Shown piece after piece: positions 39,817 through 49,701 of a DNA stretch of 64,000 nt. The stretch covers positions 2,400,001 through 2,464,000 of the forward strand of contig CAXXDV010000003.1 of assembly GCA_963674745.2 (NCBI GenBank), written 5' to 3'. The stretch comes from Desulfosudaceae bacterium (lineage in GTDB: Bacteria; Desulfobacterota; Desulfobacteria; Desulfobacterales; Desulfosudaceae). Position 1 is the stretch's first letter, and each line of letters starts with the position of its first letter. The notes under the pieces were generated by a model. That model was not told the origin of the DNA, made no database searches, and worked only from the letters and a program-made list of their open reading frames with translations. The position numbers and the translations under genes are program-made.

Positions 39817-40701
39817 ATGAACCTGTTAATTACCGGTGCCAACGGACAACTGGGAAAAGACTGCCGGACGGTGTTCGGCGGGGCTCATACCTTGACCTGC
39901 GTGGACATTGAAGAACTGGACATCACCCGCGCAGATGACGTGTCGGCCTTTGTCCGCAACATCAAGCCGGGGGTCATTATCAACTGCGCCGCATATACCC
40001 AGGTCGACCGGTGTGAGACAGAGCAGGAACCGGCCCGGGCCGTCAATGTGACCGGCGCCGAAAACCTGGCCGAAGGTGCTGCCGACTGCGGGGCGCTGAT
40101 GGTTCACATTTCAACCGATTATGTTTTTGACGGCCAGAAGGACTATCCGGAAACCTATACCGAAACCGATGCCACCGCCCCTCAGTCCGTCTATGGCCTC
40201 ACCAAGCTGGAGGGGGAGCAGGCCGTCATACGGTGCACGGACAATCACCTGATTCTCAGAACCGCCTGGCTTTACGGGTTTCACGGCCACAATTTCATCA
40301 AAGCCATTCTCAAAAAAGCTCTGGCCGATCCGGAAACGCCGTTTAAAGTCGTCAACGACCAGTTCGGAACACCCACCTGGAGCATGGCCCTGGCCCGCCA
40401 GATCGCCGAACTGATTGATCCGCCGGCCCGGGGGCTGTATCACGCATCGGCCGAAGGCGCCTGTACCTGGTATGCGTTCGCCCGGTATTTTCTGGAAAAG
40501 CTGCAGGTGCCCCACCGGATGGTCACCTGCACCACCGAAGAATATCCCACGCCGGCAAAGCGGCCCCATTGTGCCATTCTGGAGAACCGGCGGCTGGCGG
40601 CTGAAGGACGAAACCGGATGGCACACTGGCAATCGGCTCTGGACGAATATATAAATCAATACGGACCGGCCTTGCTGGATGAATGCCGGCCATCAAATTA
40701 A
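39817..40701 (+). CDS. rfbD: dTDP-4-dehydrorhamnose reductase
   Basis: GANGQLG, NCAAYTQVD, HISTDYVFDG, YGLTKLEGE, DQFGTPT. Confidence 0.95.
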   Translation: MNLLITGANGQLGKDCRTVFGGAHTLTCVDIEELDITRADDVSAFVRNIKPGVIINCAAYTQVDRCETEQEPARAVNVTGAENLAEGAADCGALMVHISTDYVFDGQKDYPETYTETDATAPQSVYGLTKLEGEQAVIRCTDNHLILRTAWLYGFHGHNFIKAILKKALADPETPFKVVNDQFGTPTWSMALARQIAELIDPPARGLYHASAEGACTWYAFARYFLEKLQVPHRMVTCTTEEYPTPAKRPHCAILENRRLAAEGRNRMAHWQSALDEYINQYGPALLDECRPSN

Positions 40702-40715
40702 ACAACGGAATGGAC

Positions 40716-41762
40716 ATGAATCTTTTAGTCACCGGTGGATGCGGCTTTATCGGCACCAACTTCATCCGTTATCTCTTTGACCGACCGGACTTTTCCGGCC
40801 GGATCGTCAATGTCGACCGCCTGACCTATGCCGGCAACCCGGAAAATCTTGACGGCATCGAAGAACAATATCCCGACCGTTATGTTTTCCGTCAGGCCGA
40901 CATCTGTGATATGAAAACGCTGACCCGGATATTCGATGACAACGATATTGACACGGTCTGTCATTTTGCGGCCGAATCCCATGTGGACCGGTCCATCGTG
41001 GCGCCGGACGATTTTATCCGGACCAACATCGTGGGCACCTTCAACCTGCTGGAGATCGCCAGGAACCGGAGCGAAAGACTCAACCGGTTCCATCACATCA
41101 GCACGGATGAAGTTTACGGCAGCCTGGGCAAGGACGGCCTTTTCACAGAGGCCACCGCCTACCAGCCCAACAGCCCCTATTCCGCCTCCAAGGCCGCCTC
41201 CGACCACCTGGTCCGGGCCTATCATGCCACCTACGGCCTGCCGGTCACCCTGTCCAACTGTTCCAACAATTACGGACCGTACCAGTTTCCGGAAAAACTG
41301 ATCCCGTTGATGATTCTAAACGCCCTGGAAGACAAACCCCTGCCGGTTTACGGGGACGGCAAAAACGTCCGGGACTGGCTGTATGTGGCAGATCACTGCA
41401 GCGCCATCTGGGAAATCATCTGCCATGGCCGGGAAGGCGAGACATACAACGTGGGCGGTAATTGCGAAATGGAAAACCTGTCCCTGGTGGAAAATATCTG
41501 TGATGCCATTGACGCCAAAACCGGACGGAAAGACGGCAAGTCCCGGCGGCAGCTGATTTCCTTTGTCAAGGACCGGCCCGGCCATGACCGGCGCTACGCC
41601 ATTGACGCTTCCAAAATCAAGAACGAACTGGGATGGGAGCCGGTAACACCGATTGCGCAGGGCATTGACATGGCCCTCGACTGGTACCTGAACAACCCGG
41701 TCTGGATCGAGCGTGTGAAAAGCGGCGATTACAGGCGTTGGATTGAAGCACACTATTCATAA
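40716..41762 (+). CDS. rfbB: dTDP-glucose 4,6-dehydratase
   Basis: TGGCGFIG, HFAAESHVDRS, STDEVYG, YSASKA, DRPGHDRRYA. Confidence 0.97.
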   Translation: MNLLVTGGCGFIGTNFIRYLFDRPDFSGRIVNVDRLTYAGNPENLDGIEEQYPDRYVFRQADICDMKTLTRIFDDNDIDTVCHFAAESHVDRSIVAPDDFIRTNIVGTFNLLEIARNRSERLNRFHHISTDEVYGSLGKDGLFTEATAYQPNSPYSASKAASDHLVRAYHATYGLPVTLSNCSNNYGPYQFPEKLIPLMILNALEDKPLPVYGDGKNVRDWLYVADHCSAIWEIICHGREGETYNVGGNCEMENLSLVENICDAIDAKTGRKDGKSRRQLISFVKDRPGHDRRYAIDASKIKNELGWEPVTPIAQGIDMALDWYLNNPVWIERVKSGDYRRWIEAHYS

Positions 41763-41769
41763 AAAATCA

Positions 41770-41857
41770 TGATTAAGTGTTTATGTGGTTATGTGGTTAA
41801 GTGATTAAGTGATTAAGTGATTAAGTGGTTATGTGGTTAAGTGATTATGTGATTAAG
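41770..41857 (+). repeat. 11 tandem 8-mers, consensus TG(A/G)TTA(A/T)G
   Basis: tgattaag tgtttatg tggttatg tggttaag tgattaag x3 tggttatg tggttaag tgattatg tgattaag. Confidence 0.95.
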
Positions 41858-41896
41858 GTTTTCCTTAAAAAGGTCAGGGTGTCAATAAAAAGCACT

Positions 41897-41925
41897 TTGA
41901 CCGGAACTGTTGACTTTTGGATAAT
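41897..41925 (+). promoter_or_regulatory. Putative sigma70 promoter for rfbA
   Basis: TTGACC-17 bp-GATAAT, 35 bp upstream of the ATG. Confidence 0.5.
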
Positions 41926-41960
41926 TCGGGCTTTCCCCAAAGCCCTCTTTAGAGGTTAAA

Positions 41961-42854
41961 ATGAAAGGTATAATATTGGCCGGCGGCTCCGGCACCCGGC
42001 TCTACCCCCTGACACGGGTCACCAGCAAGCAACTGCTGCCGGTCTACGACAAACCCATGATCTATTACCCCCTGTCCGTCCTCATGCTGAGCGGCATCCG
42101 GGACATCCTGATCATCTCCACCCCCCAGGACCTGCCCAATTTCAAGGCCCTGCTCGGGGACGGGTCCTGGCTGGGGCTTTCTTTGACCTATGCCGAACAA
42201 CCCCAACCCGAAGGCCTGGCCCAGGCGTTTATCATCGGCGCCCCGTTTATCGGCGATGATCCGGCCTGCCTGATTCTGGGGGACAACCTCTTTCACGGGC
42301 ACAGCCTGCCCGGCATCATCAAAAGGGCCAGTCAAACACCATCGGGTGGCGTGGTTTTCGGGTATCGCGTCAATGACCCGGAGCGTTACGGCGTAGTGGA
42401 ATTTGACGATCAGGGCAATGTCATCGGCATCGAGGAAAAACCGCAAGCGCCCAAATCCAAATACGCCGTGTCCGGTCTTTATGTTTATGACAACGCCGTC
42501 ATTGATATTGCCCGCGGGCTTAAACCTTCCGACCGCGGTGAACTGGAGATTACGGATGTAAACCTGGAATACCTTAAAAGGGGCGCCCTGAAAGTGGAAA
42601 TCCTCGGACGGGGTTTTGCCTGGATGGACATGGGCACCCATGAATCCATGCAGCAGGCAGCCGCATACGTGCGGGCGGTACAGAACCGGCAGGGATTCAA
42701 AATCGCCTGTATTGAAGAAATCGCCTATCGCCTGGGATATATCGACAGCAACCAGTTAAAACTGATCGCCTCGGAAATGGCTAAAAACGACTATGGCCAA
42801 TACCTTTACGAAATCGCTGAACTCACCCCCACGGAACTGGTCAAATGGCTTTAA
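41961..42854 (+). CDS. rfbA: Glucose-1-phosphate thymidylyltransferase
   Basis: [16 protein letters not shown]...[18 protein letters not shown]. Confidence 0.97.
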   Translation: MKGIILAGGSGTRLYPLTRVTSKQLLPVYDKPMIYYPLSVLMLSGIRDILIISTPQDLPNFKALLGDGSWLGLSLTYAEQPQPEGLAQAFIIGAPFIGDDPACLILGDNLFHGHSLPGIIKRASQTPSGGVVFGYRVNDPERYGVVEFDDQGNVIGIEEKPQAPKSKYAVSGLYVYDNAVIDIARGLKPSDRGELEITDVNLEYLKRGALKVEILGRGFAWMDMGTHESMQQAAAYVRAVQNRQGFKIACIEEIAYRLGYIDSNQLKLIASEMAKNDYGQYLYEIAELTPTELVKWL

Positions 42855-43399
42855 CCATAACCGAACTGTCCATACCCGGCGTCCTGCTGGTCGAACCGCC
42901 CGGATTTAAAGACAACCGCGGTTTCTTCATGGAAACCTGGCACCAGAAAAAATACAGTGCCGCCGGGATCGACAAGCCCTTTGTCCAGGACAACCGCTCC
43001 CATTCGGCAAAAGGGGTTCTCCGGGGCCTGCATTATCAACTGGCCCACCCCCAGGGCAAACTGGTCTTTGCCGTAACCGGTAAAATCTTTGACGTGGCCG
43101 TGGATATCCGTTCGGGGTCACCGACTTTCGGTCAATGGACGGGTGCCGAACTGTCCATGGAAAACCGTCGCCAGATTTATATCCCGGAAGGGTTCGCCCA
43201 CGGATTTGTGGTCCTCAGTGATTTCGCGGATGTCATCTACAAATGCACGGACTTCTATGCGCCCGGAGATGAATACGGCATTCTCTGGTCGGACCCGGAC
43301 ATCGGTATCGACTGGCCGCTGACGTCACCGATTCTGTCCGACAAAGACCAACAGGCGCCGCCCTTGGGCCTGGTTCCAGAAGGCCATCTTCCGGCCTGA
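42845..43399 (+). CDS. rfbC: dTDP-4-dehydrorhamnose 3,5-epimerase
   Basis: [32 protein letters not shown]. Confidence 0.97.
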   Translation: MALTITELSIPGVLLVEPPGFKDNRGFFMETWHQKKYSAAGIDKPFVQDNRSHSAKGVLRGLHYQLAHPQGKLVFAVTGKIFDVAVDIRSGSPTFGQWTGAELSMENRRQIYIPEGFAHGFVVLSDFADVIYKCTDFYAPGDEYGILWSDPDIGIDWPLTSPILSDKDQQAPPLGLVPEGHLPA

Positions 43400-43452
43400 T
43401 GGTTGTGATCGCAGATGTTATATTCTAAAATTTGCATATTAAGGAGGAGGGG

Positions 43453-44040
43453 ATGAAAAAAAACATTGTGTTCCTTACCGGTCTGCTGGTGATCGTTCTT
43501 CTGGCGTCCGGATGCGGCTATAATACCATGCAGCAGAATGAGGAGGCCGTTTTAAAAGCCTGGGGTGATGTCGAGTCCAATTTACAGCGCCGGGCCGACT
43601 TGATTCCCAACCTGGTGGAAACCGTCAAGGGGTACGCTTCGCACGAAAAAGAAACCCTGCAGGCGGTCATTGAGGCCCGGGCCAAAGCGACTTCCGTCAA
43701 CCTGTCGACAGAAGATCTCGGGAATGCCGCTGCCATGCAAAAACTCCAGGATGCCCAGGGCGCCCTGTCTTCGGCCTTATCCCGATTGATGGTGGTGGTG
43801 GAACGATATCCCGACCTTAAGGCCAATGTCAATTTCATGGACCTGCAAAACCAGCTGGAAGGGACCGAAAACCGGATTAACGTGGCCCGGCAGCGATACA
43901 ACAAGGCCGTTGAGACGTTTAATTTTTCTATCCGCAAGTTCCCCAACAGCCTGACCAACAGCCTCCTGCTTCACCTGGAGCGAAAAGAATACTTTAAAGC
44001 CGAGGCCGGCGCCAAAGTCGTCCCCAAGGTAAAATTCTAA
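43453..44040 (+). CDS. lemA: LemA family protein
   Basis: [40 protein letters not shown]. Confidence 0.95.
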   Translation: MKKNIVFLTGLLVIVLLASGCGYNTMQQNEEAVLKAWGDVESNLQRRADLIPNLVETVKGYASHEKETLQAVIEARAKATSVNLSTEDLGNAAAMQKLQDAQGALSSALSRLMVVVERYPDLKANVNFMDLQNQLEGTENRINVARQRYNKAVETFNFSIRKFPNSLTNSLLLHLERKEYFKAEAGAKVVPKVKF

Positions 44041-44051
44041 GGGATAAAGAG

Positions 44052-44969
44052 ATGAACGCTTTCTGCCTCAAGTTGACGATCATCTTTGCGCTTGTTTTAT
44101 CCGTGCTTTTCATCCCGGCAAAAAGCGTTTCAGCCCTTGACGTCCCGGCCCTCTCCGGGCGCGTTAACGATTATGCCGGCATGCTGTCCGGCCATACGGA
44201 ACAGCAGCTTGATACAAATCTCGGGCAACTGGAAAAAACGGATTCCACCCAGATTGTGGTTCTGACCATCCCGTCCCTGGAAGGAGACAACCTGGAGGAT
44301 TTTTCCATACGCGTGGCAGAGGCCTGGGGTGTCGGCCATAAGGGGAAAGACAATGGCGCCATTCTATTGATTGCCAAAAAAGAACGAAAGATACGGATTG
44401 AAGTCGGCTACGGCCTGGAAGGAAGTCTCACCGATATGATCTCGGGTCGGATTATTCGCAATATTATCACACCGAACTTTAAATCAGGCAACTTTGACAA
44501 AGGCGTTCTGGATGGCGTCCAGGCCATGATCGGCGTCGTCAAGGGCAAGTTTAAAGGGCAAAAACCGGGGACTCAAATAAGCGCGTCACCTCCGGACCTG
44601 TTCGGTTTTTTTGTGGTACTGATGCTGATAAATATGCTTGGCAGGCTGCGCCGTTCCGTGGGCACTTTGGCCGGGGGCTTTCTTATACCGCTGGCCGGCT
44701 GGCTGACCTTCGGCCTTAGCATGTTATGGGTCCTGGCCCTGATTCCGGCAGGTGTGCTTTCCGGGTTACTGATAAGCTATATCGGCCGGCCTTTATCCTT
44801 TAGCGATACCACTTCCGGATATTCCCGCCGCGGCGGCGGATATTACGACACCGGTGGATATTTTGGCGGCGGTGGTTTTGGCGGCTATGGTGGCGGTGGA
44901 TTCGGAGGCGGCGGTTTCGGGGGGGGCGGTGGCGGTTTCGGCGGCGGTGGCGCCTCCGGCGGCTGGTAA
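44052..44969 (+). CDS. TPM domain protein with Gly-rich tail (YgcG-like)
   Basis: RVNDYAGML, RIEVGYGLEG, GGGGFGGGGASGGW. Confidence 0.9.
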   Translation: MNAFCLKLTIIFALVLSVLFIPAKSVSALDVPALSGRVNDYAGMLSGHTEQQLDTNLGQLEKTDSTQIVVLTIPSLEGDNLEDFSIRVAEAWGVGHKGKDNGAILLIAKKERKIRIEVGYGLEGSLTDMISGRIIRNIITPNFKSGNFDKGVLDGVQAMIGVVKGKFKGQKPGTQISASPPDLFGFFVVLMLINMLGRLRRSVGTLAGGFLIPLAGWLTFGLSMLWVLALIPAGVLSGLLISYIGRPLSFSDTTSGYSRRGGGYYDTGGYFGGGGFGGYGGGGFGGGGFGGGGGGFGGGGASGGW

Positions 44970-45012
44970 AAATGATTTCGTTCAGAAACATACATATATT
45001 AATGGTTGAAAT

Positions 45013-45666
45013 ATGAAAGACCTGACAAAAATTTTTCTTTCACCAAGTGACAGGGAAAATATTATCAAGGCCGTCAAAGATGCGGAAAAAGAGACTGCCG
45101 GAGAAATCGTTCCAATGATTGTTCCCGTTAGTTACCATTACCCCGTAGCCGATATTGTCGGAGGCGCGGCTTTCGGCTTACCACTGGCCCTGGCAGCCAC
45201 TTATCTGGTCGGTGGCTGGCTGTGGATCGGCACCCAGAATCTATGGCTGTTCCTGGGCCTTTTCGGATTACTGTTCATTGTCTTTCAGCAGACAATCAAA
45301 CGCTCAACCCGGCTGAAGCGACTTTTTGTTTCCGAAAATGAAATGCTGGAAGAAGTTGAAGAAGCCGCTTTTGTTAATTTTTACAAAAACGGATTAAATC
45401 GCACACGTGATGAAACCGGAATCCTGCTTTTTATCTCTGTGTTTGAAAAAAAAGTCTGCATCCTGGCCGATCGCGGCATAGATCAGAAAGTACCGGCCGA
45501 CCAGTGGAACCAGACCGTTGAAACAATCGTTGCAGGCATCAAACAGAATCGTCAGGGAGAAGCCATTTGCGAGGCCATATCCGAAGTCGGACGTCTTTTG
45601 GCCCTCCATTTTCCGGTTAAGCCGGATGACGTGGATGAACTGGACAACCTGGTCGTCCAGGAATGA
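45013..45666 (+). CDS. TPM domain membrane protein
   Basis: AEKETAGEIV, TRDETGILLFIS, ILADRGI, DELDN; usual partner in lemA-TPM operons. Confidence 0.85.
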   Translation: MKDLTKIFLSPSDRENIIKAVKDAEKETAGEIVPMIVPVSYHYPVADIVGGAAFGLPLALAATYLVGGWLWIGTQNLWLFLGLFGLLFIVFQQTIKRSTRLKRLFVSENEMLEEVEEAAFVNFYKNGLNRTRDETGILLFISVFEKKVCILADRGIDQKVPADQWNQTVETIVAGIKQNRQGEAICEAISEVGRLLALHFPVKPDDVDELDNLVVQE

Positions 45667-45689
45667 GTCCTCCTGGGCCAGGCCTTACA

Positions 45690-45830
45690 GGTATTTCAAA
45701 AAATTAGAATTCTTGTTCGAGGTCAAGGCCTGTGAAAATTTTAACCGGGGGAATACATGGATGTATTTCGAGGATTAAAATTTGAGCATAACGCCGACAT
45801 CGGGCCAAAAGGCAATTTTTAAAACTGACC
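45690..45830. repeat. MITE/REP-like palindromic intergenic element
   Basis: Imperfect end IRs; internal aaattttaacc...ggattaaaattt and gaatacat gg atgtattt inverted repeats. Confidence 0.6.
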
Positions 45831-45839
45831 GGATATGAA

Positions 45840-46622
45840 TCAGGTTTTCAGGTAGACGCTGGGTTCAACGAATTTAAAGGAATGCGTCAGGAAACTCAGG
45901 CTTTCAGCACCGCCAATGATCAGATATCCGTTGGGTTTCAATACGCCGTAAATTTTTTCCAGCACTTTCTGCCGGGTCGGGGGATCAAAATAAATCATCA
46001 CGTTGCGGCAGAAAACAATATCAAAGCGCCCGATCGGCATGGCGTCTGTAATCAGATTGTGGTGGTTAAAGGTGACATGCTTCCTGACCTTCTCACTGAC
46101 ATGAACGGTTTTTCGATCTTCATCACCTGATATCTTAAAATAGGCCGTCACCAGTCGCGAATCCATCTTGTCAGTTTTTCCAATCGGATAAACAGCTTCT
46201 TTGGCCTGTTTGAGCATGTTTCCGGACAAATCCGTGGCCAGCACGGAAGGGGCAAACCCTTTTTCCAGACAATCGATCACCACCGAGTAGGGCTCCTCAC
46301 CGCTGGAGCAGGCGGCGCACCAGATATTGGCGGCCGTGTTTTTTTGAAGGTATTTGAAGGATCCGTTCTCTCTGAAAAAAAAGGTATGGGTCGTGGCAAT
46401 GGCATCGATAAATGAGGCCAATTCCGTGGGGTCAGAGCGTAACAGACCCAGATAATCGCTGACCGGCATCATGCCAATTTTTGTAAGCCGCTGATAAAGA
46501 CGCGTTTCTATCAGCCGGTGCTTACCCTTGAGGTTAATGCCCGATTCCCTGTAAGCCAGGCCAATCAGTATGTTATACTGCGACTCGGTCAATTTTATAA
46601 CGGAATCGCCGGGATTATCCAA
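45840..46622 (-). CDS. cheR: CheR-type protein-glutamate methyltransferase
   Basis: TFFFRE, IWCAACSSGEEPYS, FDIVFCRNVMIYFD, GGAESL. Confidence 0.92.
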   Translation of the reverse strand: MDNPGDSVIKLTESQYNILIGLAYRESGINLKGKHRLIETRLYQRLTKIGMMPVSDYLGLLRSDPTELASFIDAIATTHTFFFRENGSFKYLQKNTAANIWCAACSSGEEPYSVVIDCLEKGFAPSVLATDLSGNMLKQAKEAVYPIGKTDKMDSRLVTAYFKISGDEDRKTVHVSEKVRKHVTFNHHNLITDAMPIGRFDIVFCRNVMIYFDPPTRQKVLEKIYGVLKPNGYLIIGGAESLSFLTHSFKFVEPSVYLKT

Positions 46623-46805
46623 CGTCAGCTTAACCTCTCAACCACTTAATCACCTAAAACTTTAAAACCTAAAACCGTTTAAGAAGTAAAAGGGCTGCTG
46701 AGACGGTTTAAGGCCTTGCCCGGTCAGGGCGCTAAGAACAATTAGAATATAAATAGTCTTGCATAAAAAGTCCCGATCTTTTTTACGCAGACCCGAAAAA
46801 ATTTG

Positions 46806-46858
46806 TTGACTTGACCAATCAAACTGATAATATATTGGACGGATGACCGAACAATATA
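46806..46858 (+). promoter_or_regulatory. Putative tetR promoter with overlapping operator
   Basis: TTGACT-16-TAATAT; inverted repeat tatattggacgg-atga-ccgaacaatata (46831-46858, 10/12 arms). Confidence 0.6.
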
Positions 46859-46887
46859 AAAAACAATACCAGACTTGAGATAATATT

Positions 46888-47526
46888 ATGGGTAGAAAAA
46901 GCATGGCGGACGAGCGCCGCCAGGAAATCATCGAAGCTTTTTACTATTGTGTCAATGACGGCGGACTGGCCAACGCGTCCATTCGCAAAATCGCCCGGCA
47001 GGCCGGGGTCCAACCCAGCATCATCCATCATTATTTTAAGGACCGGGATGAAATGATTGAAAATATGGTGGTTTTTTTCGCGGACACCATTTTCGACAGT
47101 TTCATCGAGGAAATGGAGCAGCATGGAAATCCGGAAACAAAATTTTTCAAGGCCCTGGAATTCATGTACAGCCCGGGCATGATTAATAAGGAATACTCCG
47201 GTTTTTTCCTGGAATGTTGCGTAGAAGCACGCCGCAACCCCAAGGTTAAAGCCACTCTGGCCAGAACTTTTCGCCATTTTCGGCAGACCATCATTGCCTA
47301 TATTGAAGAAATGAACATCCTGGAAAACCTGACGAAAACACAGAAAGAAAATTACGCCTCCATGCTTATCGCCATTCACGAGGGGCTGGAGTTGCAGTGG
47401 TATCTAGATCCCAAAGCCGTTTCTCTGAAAAAAGCCACGGCCCTGACCCGCTATGTGATTGACCTGATGATCGCGGACAGTATGCGGACGGCCACCTTAG
47501 AAGCAGGGACCGCATTAACCCGATAA
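46888..47526 (+). CDS. TetR/AcrR (BetI-like) regulator
   Basis: ERRQEIIEA...ASIRKIARQAGVQPSIIHHYFKDRDEM HTH. Confidence 0.92.
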   Translation: MGRKSMADERRQEIIEAFYYCVNDGGLANASIRKIARQAGVQPSIIHHYFKDRDEMIENMVVFFADTIFDSFIEEMEQHGNPETKFFKALEFMYSPGMINKEYSGFFLECCVEARRNPKVKATLARTFRHFRQTIIAYIEEMNILENLTKTQKENYASMLIAIHEGLELQWYLDPKAVSLKKATALTRYVIDLMIADSMRTATLEAGTALTR

Positions 47527-47548
47527 TCCATTAAAGGCCATTTGAAAA

Positions 47549-48667
47549 ATGATTACAGGTATTTTAAAAGAAATCAAACAGGAAGAGCACCGGGTGGCCA
47601 TGACGCCGGCCGGTGCGGAACTCATGCATCAGCACGGCCACCAGGTTCTGGTAGAAAAAAATGCCGGTGAGGGCAGTGGCTATGATGACTGCCGTTACCA
47701 GGAGGCCGGGGCCGAGATCGTTGCAACGGCGGAAGAAATTTTCAACCGGGCCGACATGGTCATGCATGTCAAGGAGCCGCTGAAAAGTGAATACAACCTT
47801 TTGCGGCCCAGTCAGATTTTGTTTACCTACCTGCATTTGGCGGCCAATCAGGAGCTGACCGAGGCGCTGATCAAAAGCGGTGCCGTGTGCATTGCTTATG
47901 AAACGATTCAGAAAGCGGACAAGTCCCTGCCCTTGCTGACGCCGATGAGTGAAGTCGCCGGGCGGATGGCCGTACAGGAAGCCGCTAAATTTCTGGAAAT
48001 TCCCAACGGTGGCCAGGGCATACTGCTGGGCGGCGTTCCCGGAGTCGCACCGGGTAACGTGTTGGTCATCGGTGGCGGCGTAGTCGGTGTCAATGCCGCC
48101 AAAATGGCCTGCGGCCTGGGAGCCAGTGTGACCCTGCTGGATACGGATCTGGAACGGTTACGATACCTGTCTGATGTCATGCCCAAAAACTGCTTTCTGT
48201 TAATGTCGACACCGGCCGCCGTCCGCAAGCTGGTTCCCATGGCCGATGTGGTCATCGGCGCGGTTCTGCTTCCCGGTGGCGCCAGGGCCCCCCGGCTGGT
48301 GACCCGTGACATGCTTAAAACCATGAAAAAAGGGGCTGTCCTGGTGGACGTGGCCATTGACCAGGGCGGCTGTTTTGAAACCTCCCGACCGACGACCCAC
48401 GGCGACCCGGTTTTTATGGAAGAAGGCGTGGTACATTACTGCGTGGCCAATATGCCGGGTGCGGTAGCCAAAACATCCACCCAGGCACTGACCAATGCCA
48501 CCCTGCCCTATGCCCTTGAAATAGCGGACAAAGGTTGGCGGCAGGCCATGAAGGAAAACATGGAAATCCAGTATGGCGCAAATATTATTGAAGGTAAGGT
48601 GACCTGCCGGGGCGTAGCCGACGCCTTTACCATGGAATGCGAATCAATGGAAACGTTACTGTCCTGA
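47549..48667 (+). CDS. ald: Alanine dehydrogenase
   Basis: KEIKQEEHRVAMTP, FTYLHLAA, PMSEVAGR, VAIDQGGCFETS, HYCVANMPGAV. Confidence 0.95.
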   Translation: MITGILKEIKQEEHRVAMTPAGAELMHQHGHQVLVEKNAGEGSGYDDCRYQEAGAEIVATAEEIFNRADMVMHVKEPLKSEYNLLRPSQILFTYLHLAANQELTEALIKSGAVCIAYETIQKADKSLPLLTPMSEVAGRMAVQEAAKFLEIPNGGQGILLGGVPGVAPGNVLVIGGGVVGVNAAKMACGLGASVTLLDTDLERLRYLSDVMPKNCFLLMSTPAAVRKLVPMADVVIGAVLLPGGARAPRLVTRDMLKTMKKGAVLVDVAIDQGGCFETSRPTTHGDPVFMEEGVVHYCVANMPGAVAKTSTQALTNATLPYALEIADKGWRQAMKENMEIQYGANIIEGKVTCRGVADAFTMECESMETLLS

Positions 48668-48769
48668 TAAACCTTCGGATATCCGGGCAGGCTTGTTTGA
48701 TATAGCAGCTGGGGACTGACGCATTAACCGGCAAATGTCCCTCTAAACCTCTAAAAAAGGAGGCTGACG

Positions 48770-49534
48770 TTGAACTATCAATCTATTCTGGCAGCACTTA
48801 ACCTGCAGGCGGTGCTGCCCAACCTCGAGGACATTGTCCGGCATGACCCGTCTGCGGCCGATATCGCGGGCAAAAAAGATATCAGCATTCAGTTTCTGGT
48901 CAGAAACGGTCCGGCCGCCGGTGTTGAATTTAAAAACGGCGCCTGCACCGTCACCAGTGGCAAGCGGGCCGATGCCGATGTAAAACTTTTTTTTACATCC
49001 TGCGACCATTTGAACAAAATGTTCAAGAACCAGTCCAATCCCATTCCGATCAAGGGATTCACCAAGCTTGGTTTCCTGACAAAAGAGTTCACTCAGATTA
49101 CCCAGCGGATGGAACATTTTTTGACCCCGGATGACAAGCTTCTGGAACAGGCGGACTACATGGCCCTTAACACATTGCTGACGTTGAACACGGCCGCACG
49201 GGCCATTTGCATCATCATCCAGGGGGACCCGGCGGCAAAAAATGTGGCCGCCGGTATACCCGATGGGACGATCATGCTCAAAGTGCTTCCGGAAGGTCCT
49301 GCGGCTACCGTTTCTTTCCAGAACCGGCAGGCGACCATGCTCCCGGGAGAAGTTGACAAGCCGTCGGCCATCATGCTCATGAAAGACATGAAGACCGCTA
49401 ATGATCTGTTAAACCAGAAGCTGGACGCCTTTTCGGCCATCGCCCTGGGAGACATCATGATCTGGGGGCAGACACCCATGATTGACTGCCTGGACCTTAT
49501 CCTGGACCGAATCCCGCATTACCTGCAACCATGA
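48770..49534 (+). CDS. Hypothetical protein, possibly tandem SCP2-like domains
   Basis: TTG start after AAGGAGG; DAFSAIALGDIMIWG resembles an SCP2 C-terminus. Confidence 0.6.
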   Translation: MNYQSILAALNLQAVLPNLEDIVRHDPSAADIAGKKDISIQFLVRNGPAAGVEFKNGACTVTSGKRADADVKLFFTSCDHLNKMFKNQSNPIPIKGFTKLGFLTKEFTQITQRMEHFLTPDDKLLEQADYMALNTLLTLNTAARAICIIIQGDPAAKNVAAGIPDGTIMLKVLPEGPAATVSFQNRQATMLPGEVDKPSAIMLMKDMKTANDLLNQKLDAFSAIALGDIMIWGQTPMIDCLDLILDRIPHYLQP

Positions 49535-49563
49535 GTAATGCCTGTATAAAAAGTCAACAATGG

Positions 49564-49687
49564 GATGGCAAAGTAAAAAGCACAAGGTCAAGGCGCGCAA
49601 ATCACGAGGAATGCAGCGTACTAGATCGTACGTGAAATTCCGAGAGATGCAGCGCAACGTAGAGATTGGGCTTTTTACGAAGCCATC
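49564..49687. repeat. 124-bp MITE/REP-like element
   Basis: gatggcaaagtaaaaagc ... gctttttacgaagccatc (15/18 IR); central cgtac-tagatc-gtacg hairpin. Confidence 0.8.
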
Positions 49688-49701
49688 ATGAGAGAGGCAA
49701 C

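Noticed and set aside
41770..41857. CRISPR array
   Set aside because: Contiguous 8-mers without unique spacers, and no cas genes in the window.
44860..44969. GGC-rich repeat
   Set aside because: Encodes the ordinary Gly-rich tail of TPM-domain proteins.
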